Assembly: GCA_050633305.1 (NCBI GenBank)
Contig: JBOEGF010000001.1
Coordinates: forward strand, 32,001 to 96,000
Reading direction: 5' to 3'
DNA: 64,000 bases
Origin: Nannocystales bacterium
GTDB taxonomy: Bacteria; Myxococcota_A; Polyangia; Nannocystales; Nannocystaceae
Program-made: the position numbers and the translations under genes
In this document: piece by piece, positions 19,663-29,940 of the stretch
Position numbering within the stretch: the stretch's first letter is position 1
Layout of the letters: each line of letters opens with the position of its first letter
The notes under the pieces: model-generated
What the model was told of the DNA's origin: nothing
Seen by the model: only the letters and a program-made list of their open reading frames with translations
Database searches by the model: none

Positions 19663-19776
19663 GGGGTCCTCCGAGACCGTCTGATGCCTACCAGAGCGTA
19701 GACACGTCGATGGTAGTCCTTCGTGTAGCTCCGCCGCCACCCCGGGAGGCGTCCCTTTTTTGGTGCATACTGCCGT

Positions 19777-22338
19777 GTGTCCGCGTCTTCGACGGAAGCT
19801 TCGGCCCTCGAGCATCTCGAATGGAGTCGTCTCGCGCAGCGGGTATTCGATTCCCTTGCCTCGGTCGCCGCGACCCATCGCTTGGCCGAGGACGACGACG
19901 AGCAGTCGGTGATCGATGCCGCTGTGCTGCCGCGTCATCAGGACGTGGGGGCCGTACGGCGTTCGTTCGACGAGCTTCGGGGGCTTGAGGTGACCCTCGA
20001 AGCTGCCCGCGAGTGTCCCGACGTGCCGCACCGGATCGGTCCGCTGCTGTCGGTCGTGCTCGACGTCGTTCCGCTCTTGGAGCGGGCCCAGCGATCGTCT
20101 CCGCTGGATGTTGAGGAGCTGTGCATGGTCGCCGACCTGGTGGTGGCGGCGGACGACATCGCAGCCGTGTTTCGGGCCGCGACCTCTCGGCTCGACGACA
20201 CCATCGAGGCTCAGGAGGGCGACCGCGACAAGGTAGCGGCGCTGCAGGCCCGTTTGGGTCCTCTGGCCCCTCCGGGAACGCTACGGCCCGAGCTCGACCG
20301 GTCCCTCGAGCGGGGGTCCGAGCCCCGACTCTCCGACGCCGCCAGTCCCCAGTTGGGCGGGCTCCGTCGGAAGGTGCACGGCACGAGGCAGGGCTTGACG
20401 ACCGCTGCAGACCGGCTCGTCCGCAAGCCGGAGATCGCTCGCGCGCTTGCAGACTCCTACTGGACCGACCGCGAGGGGCGCGTGGTCCTGCCGGTCCGCA
20501 CGGATGCGTTCTCCCGGGCCGGGTCCCACGGGACCGTGTCCGGGATCATCCACGGTTCGTCGAAGACCGGGGCGACGCTCTTCGTCGAGCCTCAAGCGCT
20601 CGTCGAAGCGGGAAATGCGTGGCGTGAAGCCACCGTGGCCGTCCGGGCGGAAGAACGACGCATTCTCGCAGAGCTCTCCGGTCGAGTGGGGGAGGCCTCT
20701 GAGGCCCTGGCGGCTAGCCTGGAACAGCTGGTTTGGCTCGACCAACTCCACGCGCGACTGGAGGTCTCGCGGATCCTTGGCGGGCTCGAGCCGGACGTGT
20801 TCGAGCCTGAGGCGGGTCGACGGCTCGAGGTCGAGGCCGCCCGACACCCCGTGATGAGTCTGGCGGAGTTGGATGTCGTTCCCAACGACCTGCACGTCGA
20901 CCACGGCGGTGCGCTGATCATCTCGGGACCCAATGCGGGCGGGAAGACGGTGGCGCTCAAGACGTTGGGGCTGTGCGTGCTGATGGCGCAGGCTGGGCTC
21001 CGCATTCCAACGTCGTCGCCCGCGTCGGTCCCGCTGTTTCGGAATGTGGTCACGGACGTGGGAGATGACCAGTCGATCGTCGGGGGTCTGTCGACGTTCT
21101 CGGCACACATGGGACACGTCCGTGATGCCCTCGAGCATGCGGCAGCAGACGGGCCAGGGACCCTGGTCCTGCTCGACGAAGTGGCAGTCGGGACCGACCC
21201 CGAGCAAGGGGCCGCGCTCGCGGAAGCCCTGCTGCGGGAACTGGTCGAGCGTGGGGCGACCTTGGTGATCACGACGCACTACGAACGTCTCAAGCTGCTC
21301 GCCTCCGAGGACTCCACCCGTTTCTCGAATGCGGCTGTCGGGTTCGACTTCGACGCGATGCGTCCGACGTTCACGGTTCGCATGGGGGCGCCCGGGGCGA
21401 GTTCGGCGCTGACGGTCGCTCGGCGGCTTGGCCTGCCCGACGTGGTGCTGGATCGTGCGCGCGCGATGCTCGACGACAGCCGGCTCCAAGTCGACGCTCT
21501 GTTGCGCGACGTCGAAGCCCACCGGGAACGGCTTGCTTCGGAGCTTCGCGAGGTGGGACGGGAACGACGAGCCCTCGATGCGCAGCGGGCCAGCCTCGAG
21601 CAACGGGAACGCCGCGAAGAGGAGACCGCGGCCAGCAAACGTGCCAAGGCCCACGCCGCTGCGACCTCAGAGCTACGCAGTCTGGAGAACGAGATCAAGC
21701 GTCGCCGAAAGGCGTTGCGGAAGTCGGAGACCAGCCGGGACAAAGGTGGGGTCTCTGATGGGGAGACGCGGGAGTTCGCACGCGACGCCAAGGAGTCCGT
21801 TCGACGCGGAAAGCTCCCCGTTGAAGCTCCCAAGGCCGAGGCCGTGGCGTCGATCTCGGTCGGGGACCGAGTTTTCGTTGCCGCGTTGGGGCTGGAGGGA
21901 CAGGTGCTCGACGTCAAAGGCGACAAGGTTCGGGTTCAACTGCCGCTGGCCAAGGTGACGGTTCGCCGAGACGAGTTGGGCCGGGGCACGAAGAAGGCGA
22001 AGAGCAAGCCGAAGCCGGCCAAGGTGTCGCTGCCACGCAGCAGCGGCGTCGCCAAGTACTTTGGGACCGATGCCATGAGGGTTGAAGCGCGGCACGACAA
22101 CGTGATCGACGTGCGCGGCAACCGAGCGGATGAAGCGGTCGTCATGCTGGAGGTGTTCTGCGACCGCGCCATCGCCGAGGACGTCGACGTGGTGATCGTG
22201 AGGCACGGGTATGGGACGGGAGCGCTGCGAAAAGCGGTGCGGGAGCACTTGGCCTACCTGCCCCACATCAAGCAGCACCGCAGTGGCCTGCGCGACGAAG
22301 GGGGCGAGGCTGTGACCGTGGTATGGATCAATCCGTGA
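19777..22338 (+). CDS. mutS2: MutS2 endonuclease with Smr domain
   Basis: GIIHGSSKTGATLFVEP, Walker A GPNAGGKT, LSTFSAH, LLDEVAVGTDPEQG, TTHY, C-terminal Smr (IDVRG..RHGYGTGALR). Confidence 0.93.
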   Translation: MSASSTEASALEHLEWSRLAQRVFDSLASVAATHRLAEDDDEQSVIDAAVLPRHQDVGAVRRSFDELRGLEVTLEAARECPDVPHRIGPLLSVVLDVVPLLERAQRSSPLDVEELCMVADLVVAADDIAAVFRAATSRLDDTIEAQEGDRDKVAALQARLGPLAPPGTLRPELDRSLERGSEPRLSDAASPQLGGLRRKVHGTRQGLTTAADRLVRKPEIARALADSYWTDREGRVVLPVRTDAFSRAGSHGTVSGIIHGSSKTGATLFVEPQALVEAGNAWREATVAVRAEERRILAELSGRVGEASEALAASLEQLVWLDQLHARLEVSRILGGLEPDVFEPEAGRRLEVEAARHPVMSLAELDVVPNDLHVDHGGALIISGPNAGGKTVALKTLGLCVLMAQAGLRIPTSSPASVPLFRNVVTDVGDDQSIVGGLSTFSAHMGHVRDALEHAAADGPGTLVLLDEVAVGTDPEQGAALAEALLRELVERGATLVITTHYERLKLLASEDSTRFSNAAVGFDFDAMRPTFTVRMGAPGASSALTVARRLGLPDVVLDRARAMLDDSRLQVDALLRDVEAHRERLASELREVGRERRALDAQRASLEQRERREEETAASKRAKAHAAATSELRSLENEIKRRRKALRKSETSRDKGGVSDGETREFARDAKESVRRGKLPVEAPKAEAVASISVGDRVFVAALGLEGQVLDVKGDKVRVQLPLAKVTVRRDELGRGTKKAKSKPKPAKVSLPRSSGVAKYFGTDAMRVEARHDNVIDVRGNRADEAVVMLEVFCDRAIAEDVDVVIVRHGYGTGALRKAVREHLAYLPHIKQHRSGLRDEGGEAVTVVWINP

Positions 22339-25076
22339 GTCGTCGTCGCTCCGCGGTCTTTACGTTGGGGTGGGTCGCGTTGGGGTGGGTCGCTTTGGTC
22401 GGGTCTGCAGCGCAGGCCAACCCAAGCGAAGGCGCGACACGCTCGATCTCACGAGACGCGGAGCGGCCGTACACGGCGGTTGCGGGGGAAGGAGACGGTT
22501 CGTCCACCGTCGTAAACCCGGCGAACCTCGGCTACCTCAACGCGGTCAACGGCGTGTTGGATCTTGGCTGGACCGTTCAGAACGCCCGCCGGCGCGGCAG
22601 CGGTGTGGGGGCGTTCGTGGGCATTCCGCTGCCCTCCGCACGCCGGTCCCGCCGACTCACCTTGCGAGGTCCGCTGTTCGCGCTCGGGTTCGGGTACCAG
22701 TACCTCTCGCCGCTGCAGCCAGACGCACAAGTCAGCGAGGCCGAGTTTCCGAGCCAGTCCGACAACCCCTACAGCAAGGTCACCGTCGCGGCGTCTTTGC
22801 CGATGATGCGCTGGGCCCCGGGTCTTTCGATCGGTCTGGGGTATTCGCGCCTCGTTTCGGTGGGGAACTTTCACGCGAACGCGAACTTCCTCGACCTTGG
22901 AATCTCGTATCACGCGTCTCGTTTTTTGGCGCTCGGGTTGGTCGCGCACACGGTCAACGTTCCGCGTACCGGGCCAGAGACGGCGTTCGAGATCGATGTT
23001 GTCGAAGACGTCGATGGTACGGACCAGCCCCGGGCCTCTGTTTCGAGCAATCGCTACGCGCAGCCGCTTGTTCTCGAGCCCGAGGTCGCAGTGCGCCCGT
23101 TGGGGACCCCCCAGGTGGAGGTCGCTGGCGCCGTTCGATGGTCGCCCGTCCTGCCCGACGACGGTCCCGCGCGTTTCAAGACCTTTGCGGCCGAGCCAAG
23201 GGTTCGCGCGTCGATACAGTTCGGGCCCGTCAAGGTCTTCGCGCAGGCCGATGTGATGCGATATCTGCCGCCAACGAACGACGCCGTCGATCCGCGGGCG
23301 GCCGCTCGCATCACGGCGGGCCTCGAGTTCGTCGACGGCAATTTCGGAGTTGCCGCTGGGCTGCTGACCTCGGCCTCGGGGCGCCAGCCTTTCTCCGTCG
23401 ATGGTGGTGTGGCGCGCATCCGGCTCTCGGCGGAGCGATACGACGGCCTCGACGCGGCGCCCAGACGGGTGACGCGGCTGCAGCTGAGTCGTTACCGCGG
23501 AGAGCGTGGGCTGTGGGCGGTCGTGCAGGAACTGCAGCGAGCAGGCGAGCAGGGGGGCATGGTGCTGGTGGAGACGCGCGGTGCCAGATTCGGGTGGGCC
23601 CAGGCCGAGGAGTTGCGGGAAGCGATGCGACGGGCCCGCCTGAACGGCGCGCGCGTTCTGGCGTATGTCGAAGGCGGGGGGCTGCGAAGCTATTTCATGG
23701 CGTCGGCCGCTGAGACGATCATCGCGCACCCCAACACCGACCTGTCCATCGTGGGCATGAGGGTGGAGACGTTCTTCTTCGCGGATCTGTTGGCGAAACT
23801 GGGCGCGAAAGCCGAGTTCGTTCGCATCGCCGAATACAAGTCTGTACCCGAAACGTACGAGCGCACCGGACCGACGCCGCCGAGCGATCGGCAGCGCCGC
23901 CTGATGCACACAGACGTGTGGAACCACGTGCTCCGGGTCATCGCCCAGGACCGCGGTCAGGACCCCCGGTCGGTCAAGCGCTGGATCGACGACGCGCCGC
24001 TTCGGCCCGAACGGGCGCAGCGCGATGGCGTGGTCGATCGACTGGCGTTCCCCGACGAACTCGACAGCACACTGGAGAACCTGTTGGGGCGCAGGGTGCG
24101 AATCGCTGCACCACCGCAGCAGTCGTTCCACAAGCACGACTATGGGCCTCGCGCGCGGGTCGCCGTGCTGGTCATCGAAGGTGACATCTCGGACTCGAAG
24201 AGCTTCGAGGTGCCCTATCTCAAGCGGAAGGTCGCGGGCTCGATCACGTTGACGAAAGAGATCGAGCGGCTGCGGGAGGACAAGAACGTCAAGGCCGTGG
24301 TCGTCCGGTGCAACACGCCCGGCGGATCGGTCAAGGCGTCCGATGACATCGCCCGCGAGCTCGACCTGACCGACGCGGTGAAGCCGGTCATCATCTCGAT
24401 GAGCGACGCGTGTGCCAGCGGCGGCTACTACATCGCAACCGGCGGCCGCTTCATCTTTGCGGATGCCACGACCAAGACCGGAAGCATCGGCATCTTCTAT
24501 CCCAAACTCGATGTCTCGGGGACGCTCGACAAGCTTGGAATCGAGGTCGATCGCGTCAACTACGGCCGGCATGCCGCGATGCGATCCTGGCTGAAGCCGT
24601 ACACCGACGAGGAGCGCGGGGCGGTCTTGCAGTCGCTGCAGGACGGCTACGCGTTGTTCACCCGCCGGGTGGGGAAGGCACGACAGATGTCGCTGTCGCG
24701 GGTCAATGACGTCGCACGCGGCCGGGTGTGGTCGGGTGTCCGTGCCCAGCGGGTCGGGCTGGTCGACCGCTACGGCGGGTTGACCGACGCAATCGACCGG
24801 GCGCTGGCCATCACGTCCCTCGACCCCGCGACCGTCGACGTGGCGTTTTACCCGGAGGAACCAAACAGCGTCGAGAACCTGCGGCGCGTGTTCTCGTTCG
24901 AGCTTCCCCTGATACGCTCTGGAGGGACTGCGTTCTCCGAGATGGCGGAGTCGGGCGGATTTGGGTTGTCGGGCACGTTTGTGTCGGCGCTGCGTCGCCT
25001 GCCCGTTGGACTGTGGCTCGCGGATGGTCCAGCCCCCTTGGCGATCGACGACTCCATCATGGTCATCGACGACTGA
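22335..25076 (+). CDS. sppA: SppA (protease IV, tandem S49) with N-terminal predicted beta-barrel
   Basis: Signal peptide; EYKS (Lys), NTPGGS, CASGGYY (Ser), TGSIG, GRVWSG; GTG start overlaps mutS2 stop. Confidence 0.85.
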   Translation: MSRRRSAVFTLGWVALGWVALVGSAAQANPSEGATRSISRDAERPYTAVAGEGDGSSTVVNPANLGYLNAVNGVLDLGWTVQNARRRGSGVGAFVGIPLPSARRSRRLTLRGPLFALGFGYQYLSPLQPDAQVSEAEFPSQSDNPYSKVTVAASLPMMRWAPGLSIGLGYSRLVSVGNFHANANFLDLGISYHASRFLALGLVAHTVNVPRTGPETAFEIDVVEDVDGTDQPRASVSSNRYAQPLVLEPEVAVRPLGTPQVEVAGAVRWSPVLPDDGPARFKTFAAEPRVRASIQFGPVKVFAQADVMRYLPPTNDAVDPRAAARITAGLEFVDGNFGVAAGLLTSASGRQPFSVDGGVARIRLSAERYDGLDAAPRRVTRLQLSRYRGERGLWAVVQELQRAGEQGGMVLVETRGARFGWAQAEELREAMRRARLNGARVLAYVEGGGLRSYFMASAAETIIAHPNTDLSIVGMRVETFFFADLLAKLGAKAEFVRIAEYKSVPETYERTGPTPPSDRQRRLMHTDVWNHVLRVIAQDRGQDPRSVKRWIDDAPLRPERAQRDGVVDRLAFPDELDSTLENLLGRRVRIAAPPQQSFHKHDYGPRARVAVLVIEGDISDSKSFEVPYLKRKVAGSITLTKEIERLREDKNVKAVVVRCNTPGGSVKASDDIARELDLTDAVKPVIISMSDACASGGYYIATGGRFIFADATTKTGSIGIFYPKLDVSGTLDKLGIEVDRVNYGRHAAMRSWLKPYTDEERGAVLQSLQDGYALFTRRVGKARQMSLSRVNDVARGRVWSGVRAQRVGLVDRYGGLTDAIDRALAITSLDPATVDVAFYPEEPNSVENLRRVFSFELPLIRSGGTAFSEMAESGGFGLSGTFVSALRRLPVGLWLADGPAPLAIDDSIMVIDD

Positions 25077-25089
25077 GCAGCGGGGCGAC

Positions 25090-27999
25090 TCAACTGTCGC
25101 CGAGGAGTTGCCGGATACGCAGTGCGTGTTCGGTCGGGCTCTCGCGTAGCAGATTCCCGAGCGTGGCGGAGTCGGAGGGGTCGGGCCGCGGCTGTGACTG
25201 GACGATGCGGGCGAGGGCCTCCGCTCGTACGGAGGCGGGGAACTCGTCGTTGTCGGCGACCGAACGCCAGGTGGCAGTCGCTGCCTCCGGATCGTCCAGG
25301 AACGCGGCAGCCGAGAGCGCGAGTCGAGTCCGGGCGACCCACTTGGGAGAGGCCGCGGCTTCGAAGGAGGCCTTGGCTCGTTGGAACTGAAGCTTGGCCG
25401 CCTCGCGCTCGCCCCGGTCCAGCGCCAGCCAGCCGAGCGAGACACGGGCCCGGCCACGCCGGCTGTCGTCGGACGCCTTTGTGCCCGAAGACGCCGCCAG
25501 TGCGGTCTCGAACTGGGTCGCCGCGTGCTCGGCTTGTCCTTGCAGGGCGAGCAGCGTTCCCAGATTGAGCGCAGCTTCAGCGACGTCACGTGACACCCGG
25601 TGGGCATCTCCGTCGGCCGGGACCGCGCCGCGGATTCGAAGGGTCTCGCGGGCGTGGGCCTCGGCCTCCTTCAGTTTGCCTTGGGCGAGCGCCGTCGCTC
25701 GCATGCTGCCGTACACATCTCCGACGTCGGGGTGGTCGGGACCCAGACGCGCGCGCCAGTTCTCGAGCACGATGACGTACAAGGCTTCCGCTTCCTCGTA
25801 GCGGTCTTGTGCGCGGTACAGGCCCCCGAGGTTGTGGAGGACGTGCGCGGTGGTTGGATTGTCCGGGCCGAAGGCGTTTTCGAAGATCGAGCGAGAGCGA
25901 AGCAACGCGCGCTCCGCCTCGTGGAGCTTGCCCTGGTTCTGCAGGACGCCTGCGAGGTTCGCCAATCCATAGCCGATGCTCTGATGCGTGGGGGGAACGA
26001 GTGACTCCCGCAATGCGAGCGAGCGCCGATGCAATGCGACGGATTCGTCGTACCTGCCCTTGTCCTCGGTGAGGACTGCGAGGGTATCGAGCCGCCGGGC
26101 TTCGTCGAGCGTGTTGGTTTTGCCGAGGCGCTCGATCAAGATGCCGGCGAACTCTGACCACCGAATCCCGGCGTCCGTCCTGCCTTGCTGCACGCCTTCA
26201 GCAAACGCCAGGGCCCCTGCGGCGTGGGCCGCGAGGTCGTCGTCCCCACACAGCGAGGCCTCCCGAAACGAGGCCGCCCAGTGACCCACCGCGGCTTCGT
26301 ACCGACCGAGCTTCTCCTCGAAAACAGCGACGCGATACAGCGCCACGGCGATGACCGGTTGGTGCTCGGTGCCCTGCGCTGCTTCGAGCGACGCTTCGCT
26401 GCGCCGCAGGCCCTCCTCGTAGTGGCCGAGGTGCTCATGCACGAGGGTCTGCGAGAGCTCTCGGTCGATCTGTCGGACAGCGGTTCGAGCCTCGGGGTCC
26501 TCTGGCAGCGGTGGCATCCGCTTGAGGCGGGGGAGGTCGCTGCAGCGTTCGAGGTCCATCAGACCCTCCGCCGTGTTGCGTGACCGAGTGATGGTGATGT
26601 CGTCGGCGTCGCTGAACGTGTCGATGAGTGCGCCCAGGGTGTCGAGGCCGTCGTCGAGGCAGTCGAGCCTTCGCTCGAGCATCGGAGGGAGGGGCTCCTC
26701 GAGGGCGGCACGGCAGACCTCGCCACGCTCTTGAGACCATGATGCCGCAAAGGTGTCGAACACCGACTCCACGCTGGCCTCGATACCCATCGCATCGTCG
26801 ATCGTGGTCCGGCGATAGGCCGCTCGAAGTCTGGCGCGGGCATCGGGCGTCCAGACCTGCTCGACCTGGCTCGCATCGTGGTCGCAGGTGGCCTCCGCCG
26901 CGAGCCGCTCTTGCGACTGCTGCCACTGGGCGCCTGCAGTGAGACTCCCCGCGACGGCGAGCGTCGCGACCCCGATCCACCACCGTCGCCTGACTCGCTG
27001 TGGGTCTCCGGCCTTGAGAGCATCCGCGAGCGCTCGCATGCTCGGCCAGCGAGCGTGAGGATCGGGCGAGAGCCCTCGCTCGACAATCCGGCGAAGCCAG
27101 GTGGGGACGGGTCGCCCGGAGGGGGGGGTGGGGGGCTCGCGAATCTGGCCCTCGGTCACCGCGACCACCAGCGAGACCCAGCTTCCGCCGGAGAAGGGGC
27201 GCTCCCCGTAAAGCGTCTCCCACAGAGTGACGCAGAAGGCGAACTGGTCGCTTTGCGCCGTGGCGTCATCGCCATTGAGCTGCTCGCAGGCCATGTATGC
27301 CGGGGTGCCCAGTCGCGCGCCGGTCTGGGTGAGCTGCAGTCGTTCGACGGCGATGTCGGATTCGACGAGCTGCTGTTCTTTTCTGCGGAGTGACTCGGGC
27401 GCGTCTTGGTCGGGGCGGGCGAGTCCGAAGTCCGTGACCTTCGGCCGATCGGCTCCGTCGATCAGGATGTTGTCCGGCTTGACGTCGCGGTGGACCAGCG
27501 AGGCGTCGTGAACCGCGATGAGCCCCGACGCGATCTCGACAAACATCGCCGTGACCTCGGCCCAGGACCGTACTTGGGCCTTCCGCCACTGCCCGAGCGT
27601 GGTGCCCTCGACGAGTTCCATCGAGACATAGACCTCTTCCTCGATGGTACCCACGTCGTAGACGGCGACGACGTTGGGGTGGGAGACGCGGGCCAGCGCT
27701 CGCCCTTCGGAGACCAACCGGAGCCGAGCGACGCTGGCGGTCTCGTCCTGTCCCGCCGACCGCAGGACCTTGAGCGCGACTTTGCGGTCGAGCTTCGGGT
27801 CATACGCGGCATACACCACGCCCATGCCGCCCAGGCCAAGCTGGTCGAGCACGATGTAGTGCGAGACTCGACTCCCCGGGGCCCGGACGACGTCGCGTGG
27901 CCGTCCGGTGGTGGCCGCCCAGTTGTCGGACCGGGTCGCAGGGGTCAGCGATGCCATCTCCGAATCGGAGCGGTGGTCGCTGTCCGGTGACCCTGCCAT
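25090..27999 (-). CDS. Ser/Thr protein kinase with TM helix and TPR repeats
   Basis: GLGGMGVVY, VALKVL, HRDVKPDN, DFGLAR, GTPAYMACE; TPRs of the GPDNPTTA/GPDHPDVG type. Confidence 0.92.
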   Translation of the reverse strand: MAGSPDSDHRSDSEMASLTPATRSDNWAATTGRPRDVVRAPGSRVSHYIVLDQLGLGGMGVVYAAYDPKLDRKVALKVLRSAGQDETASVARLRLVSEGRALARVSHPNVVAVYDVGTIEEEVYVSMELVEGTTLGQWRKAQVRSWAEVTAMFVEIASGLIAVHDASLVHRDVKPDNILIDGADRPKVTDFGLARPDQDAPESLRRKEQQLVESDIAVERLQLTQTGARLGTPAYMACEQLNGDDATAQSDQFAFCVTLWETLYGERPFSGGSWVSLVVAVTEGQIREPPTPPSGRPVPTWLRRIVERGLSPDPHARWPSMRALADALKAGDPQRVRRRWWIGVATLAVAGSLTAGAQWQQSQERLAAEATCDHDASQVEQVWTPDARARLRAAYRRTTIDDAMGIEASVESVFDTFAASWSQERGEVCRAALEEPLPPMLERRLDCLDDGLDTLGALIDTFSDADDITITRSRNTAEGLMDLERCSDLPRLKRMPPLPEDPEARTAVRQIDRELSQTLVHEHLGHYEEGLRRSEASLEAAQGTEHQPVIAVALYRVAVFEEKLGRYEAAVGHWAASFREASLCGDDDLAAHAAGALAFAEGVQQGRTDAGIRWSEFAGILIERLGKTNTLDEARRLDTLAVLTEDKGRYDESVALHRRSLALRESLVPPTHQSIGYGLANLAGVLQNQGKLHEAERALLRSRSIFENAFGPDNPTTAHVLHNLGGLYRAQDRYEEAEALYVIVLENWRARLGPDHPDVGDVYGSMRATALAQGKLKEAEAHARETLRIRGAVPADGDAHRVSRDVAEAALNLGTLLALQGQAEHAATQFETALAASSGTKASDDSRRGRARVSLGWLALDRGEREAAKLQFQRAKASFEAAASPKWVARTRLALSAAAFLDDPEAATATWRSVADNDEFPASVRAEALARIVQSQPRPDPSDSATLGNLLRESPTEHALRIRQLLGDS

Positions 28000-28093
28000 C
28001 CTATGAGCATAGCAAAGCCCCGCGCATCCATCGGACGGGCGGGGCCGGTTCGTGTGCGACCTGAAATCGCGCTGAGACCGTAGGCCGGTCGGC

Positions 28094-28672
28094 CTACTTG
28101 AAGTTGGCCGCTGCGAAGTCCCAGTTCACGAGGCTGTCGAGGTAAGCCGCGATGAACTTGGGGCGCGCATTTCGGTAGTCGACGTAGTAGGCGTGCTCCC
28201 ACACGTCGAGGGTCAAGATCGGGGTCTTGCCGTCGGTCATGGGGTTGCCGGCGTTGGTGGTCGAGGTGACGGAGAGCTTGCCGCCGTCGTTGACGAGCCA
28301 AGCCCAGCCGGAGCCGAACTGGCCAGCTGCGGTTTTGGCGAACGCTTCTTTGAACGCGTCGAAGCTGCCGAAGTCGCGGTTGATCGCGTCGGCGAGGTCG
28401 CCGCTGGGAGCGCCGCCTCCGTTGGGCTTCATCGAGTTCCAGAAGAAGGTGTGGTTCCAGACCTGTGCGGCCTGGTTGAACAGTCCGCCCTCGGTGGACT
28501 TGATCAGCTCTTCGAGGCTCTTGTTCGCCTCGGGCTTGCCGTCGGTCAGAGCGTTGAGCTTGTTGACGTAGGCCTGGTGGTGCTTGCCGTGGTGGTAGTC
28601 GAACGTCTCGGCGCTGATGTGCGGTGCGAGAGCGTCTTTGGCGTAGGGGAGATTGGGCAGTTCGAAGCTCAC
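28094..28672 (-). CDS. sodB: superoxide dismutase, probably Fe-type
   Basis: HHGKHH, FNQAAQVWNHTFFW, FGSGWAWL, DVWEHAYY; AAGGAG RBS before GTG 28672. Confidence 0.95.
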   Translation of the reverse strand: MSFELPNLPYAKDALAPHISAETFDYHHGKHHQAYVNKLNALTDGKPEANKSLEELIKSTEGGLFNQAAQVWNHTFFWNSMKPNGGGAPSGDLADAINRDFGSFDAFKEAFAKTAAGQFGSGWAWLVNDGGKLSVTSTTNAGNPMTDGKTPILTLDVWEHAYYVDYRNARPKFIAAYLDSLVNWDFAAANFK

Positions 28673-28919
28673 GTTTGACTCCTTGCGGTCCCGCGTGCAG
28701 CGGGGAGGCCCGGACCATGTCATGCGCGTTCGAGGACTGTCAAACCCCGAATATAACGACGTTTTTTCGGTGCTCCTCAACTCGGCGGCCCCAACGCTGC
28801 AACGGCGTGCGCGGCTCGTGCCGCGCGATGCCGAGCCCAGCGTGCTATCAAGCTCTTTGTACGAAGGCGTGGACTGAGATTGACTCGGCCGCGACCTCCC
28901 GGACAAGCGAGACAAACAG

Positions 28920-29849
28920 ATGACTCAAGAGACGGCTTCGGCCCCGTACGGACAGCCACGCCCCGCAACCCCACCTGCTCCAGATGCTTCCAATGGTGCT
29001 CCGGCCACCCCGGCACGGAAGCCGATGACTGTGCCCAAGGTCCGGGGGCGCAAAGGCAAGGAGCCGTTGGTCATGGTCACGGCATACGACGCTACGTTCG
29101 CGCGAATGCTCGATGAAGGCGGCGCGGATCTGCTGCTCGTGGGCGACTCCTTGGGCATGGTTGTCCAGGGGAATGACGACACGCTGTCGGTGACGGTCGA
29201 CGACATCGTCTATCACTGCCGGGCGGTCGCTCGAGGCACCCACTACGCGCACATCGTCGGGGACATGCCGTTCCTGAGCTACAACGTCACCCCTGAGGAG
29301 GCTGTCCGCAACGCGGGACGGATCCTTGCTGAAGGCCGAGCACATTCGGTCAAGCTCGAGGGAGGCCGGGCAGTGGTCCCGGTCATCGAGCGACTCGTGG
29401 CGGCCGGTATCCCGGTCATGGCCCACGTCGGTCTCACCCCACAGTCGGTCCACGCGATGGGCGGCTTCCGGGTTCAAGGGCGCGATGAGGAGAGTGCCGA
29501 GCGGATTCTGGACGAGGCGAAAGCTGTCGCTGAGGCAGGTGCGTACGCACTGGTGCTCGAGGGAATCCCGGCGGAACTTGCCAGCCGGATCACCGCGGCG
29601 ATCGACATCCCGACGATCGGGATCGGGGCGGGCGTCGGCTGCGACGGCCAGGTACTGGTCTGCTACGACATGCTGGGGCTCACCCCGGACCTGCGCCCCA
29701 AGTTCGTTCGTCGGTTCGACGAACTGTTCGACCGTGGCAAGGCCGCGATGGAGCAGTACGCCTCCGCGGTCCGCAGCGGGGAGTTCCCCGGGCCCGAGCA
29801 CACATTTGGCCCCGCCAAAGGTCCCCGCGCGGTCGCGTCGGGTTCCTGA
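28920..29849 (+). CDS. panB: 3-methyl-2-oxobutanoate hydroxymethyltransferase
   Basis: [45 protein letters not shown]. Confidence 0.96.
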   Translation: MTQETASAPYGQPRPATPPAPDASNGAPATPARKPMTVPKVRGRKGKEPLVMVTAYDATFARMLDEGGADLLLVGDSLGMVVQGNDDTLSVTVDDIVYHCRAVARGTHYAHIVGDMPFLSYNVTPEEAVRNAGRILAEGRAHSVKLEGGRAVVPVIERLVAAGIPVMAHVGLTPQSVHAMGGFRVQGRDEESAERILDEAKAVAEAGAYALVLEGIPAELASRITAAIDIPTIGIGAGVGCDGQVLVCYDMLGLTPDLRPKFVRRFDELFDRGKAAMEQYASAVRSGEFPGPEHTFGPAKGPRAVASGS

Positions 29850-29940
29850 GGACTGGCGCTCCGCGGTCCACATGCCCCTGAGGTTGCCTTGGGGGTCGGC
29901 CCCTGGAGGCGGCCGCCATGGGGCCTGGTAAGCTGGCGGT

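Noticed and set aside
19655..19697. Superficial likeness to a fluoride (crcB) riboswitch (ATGGGGTCCTCC..ACCG..CTGATGCCTAC)
   Set aside because: Wrong strand for the antiporter and overlaps its start codon; the P1 and pseudoknot pairings do not form
22449..25607. 1052-aa minus-strand ORF, and similar long ORFs such as 2348-4396, 32996-35218, 56639-58774 and 14988-16751
   Set aside because: Antisense shadows of well-supported genes with no recognisable motifs; expected in high-GC DNA
27270..27320. APE to ACE change in the TPR kinase as a sign of a pseudokinase
   Set aside because: Gly loop, catalytic Lys, HRD, DFG and the Glu are all retained
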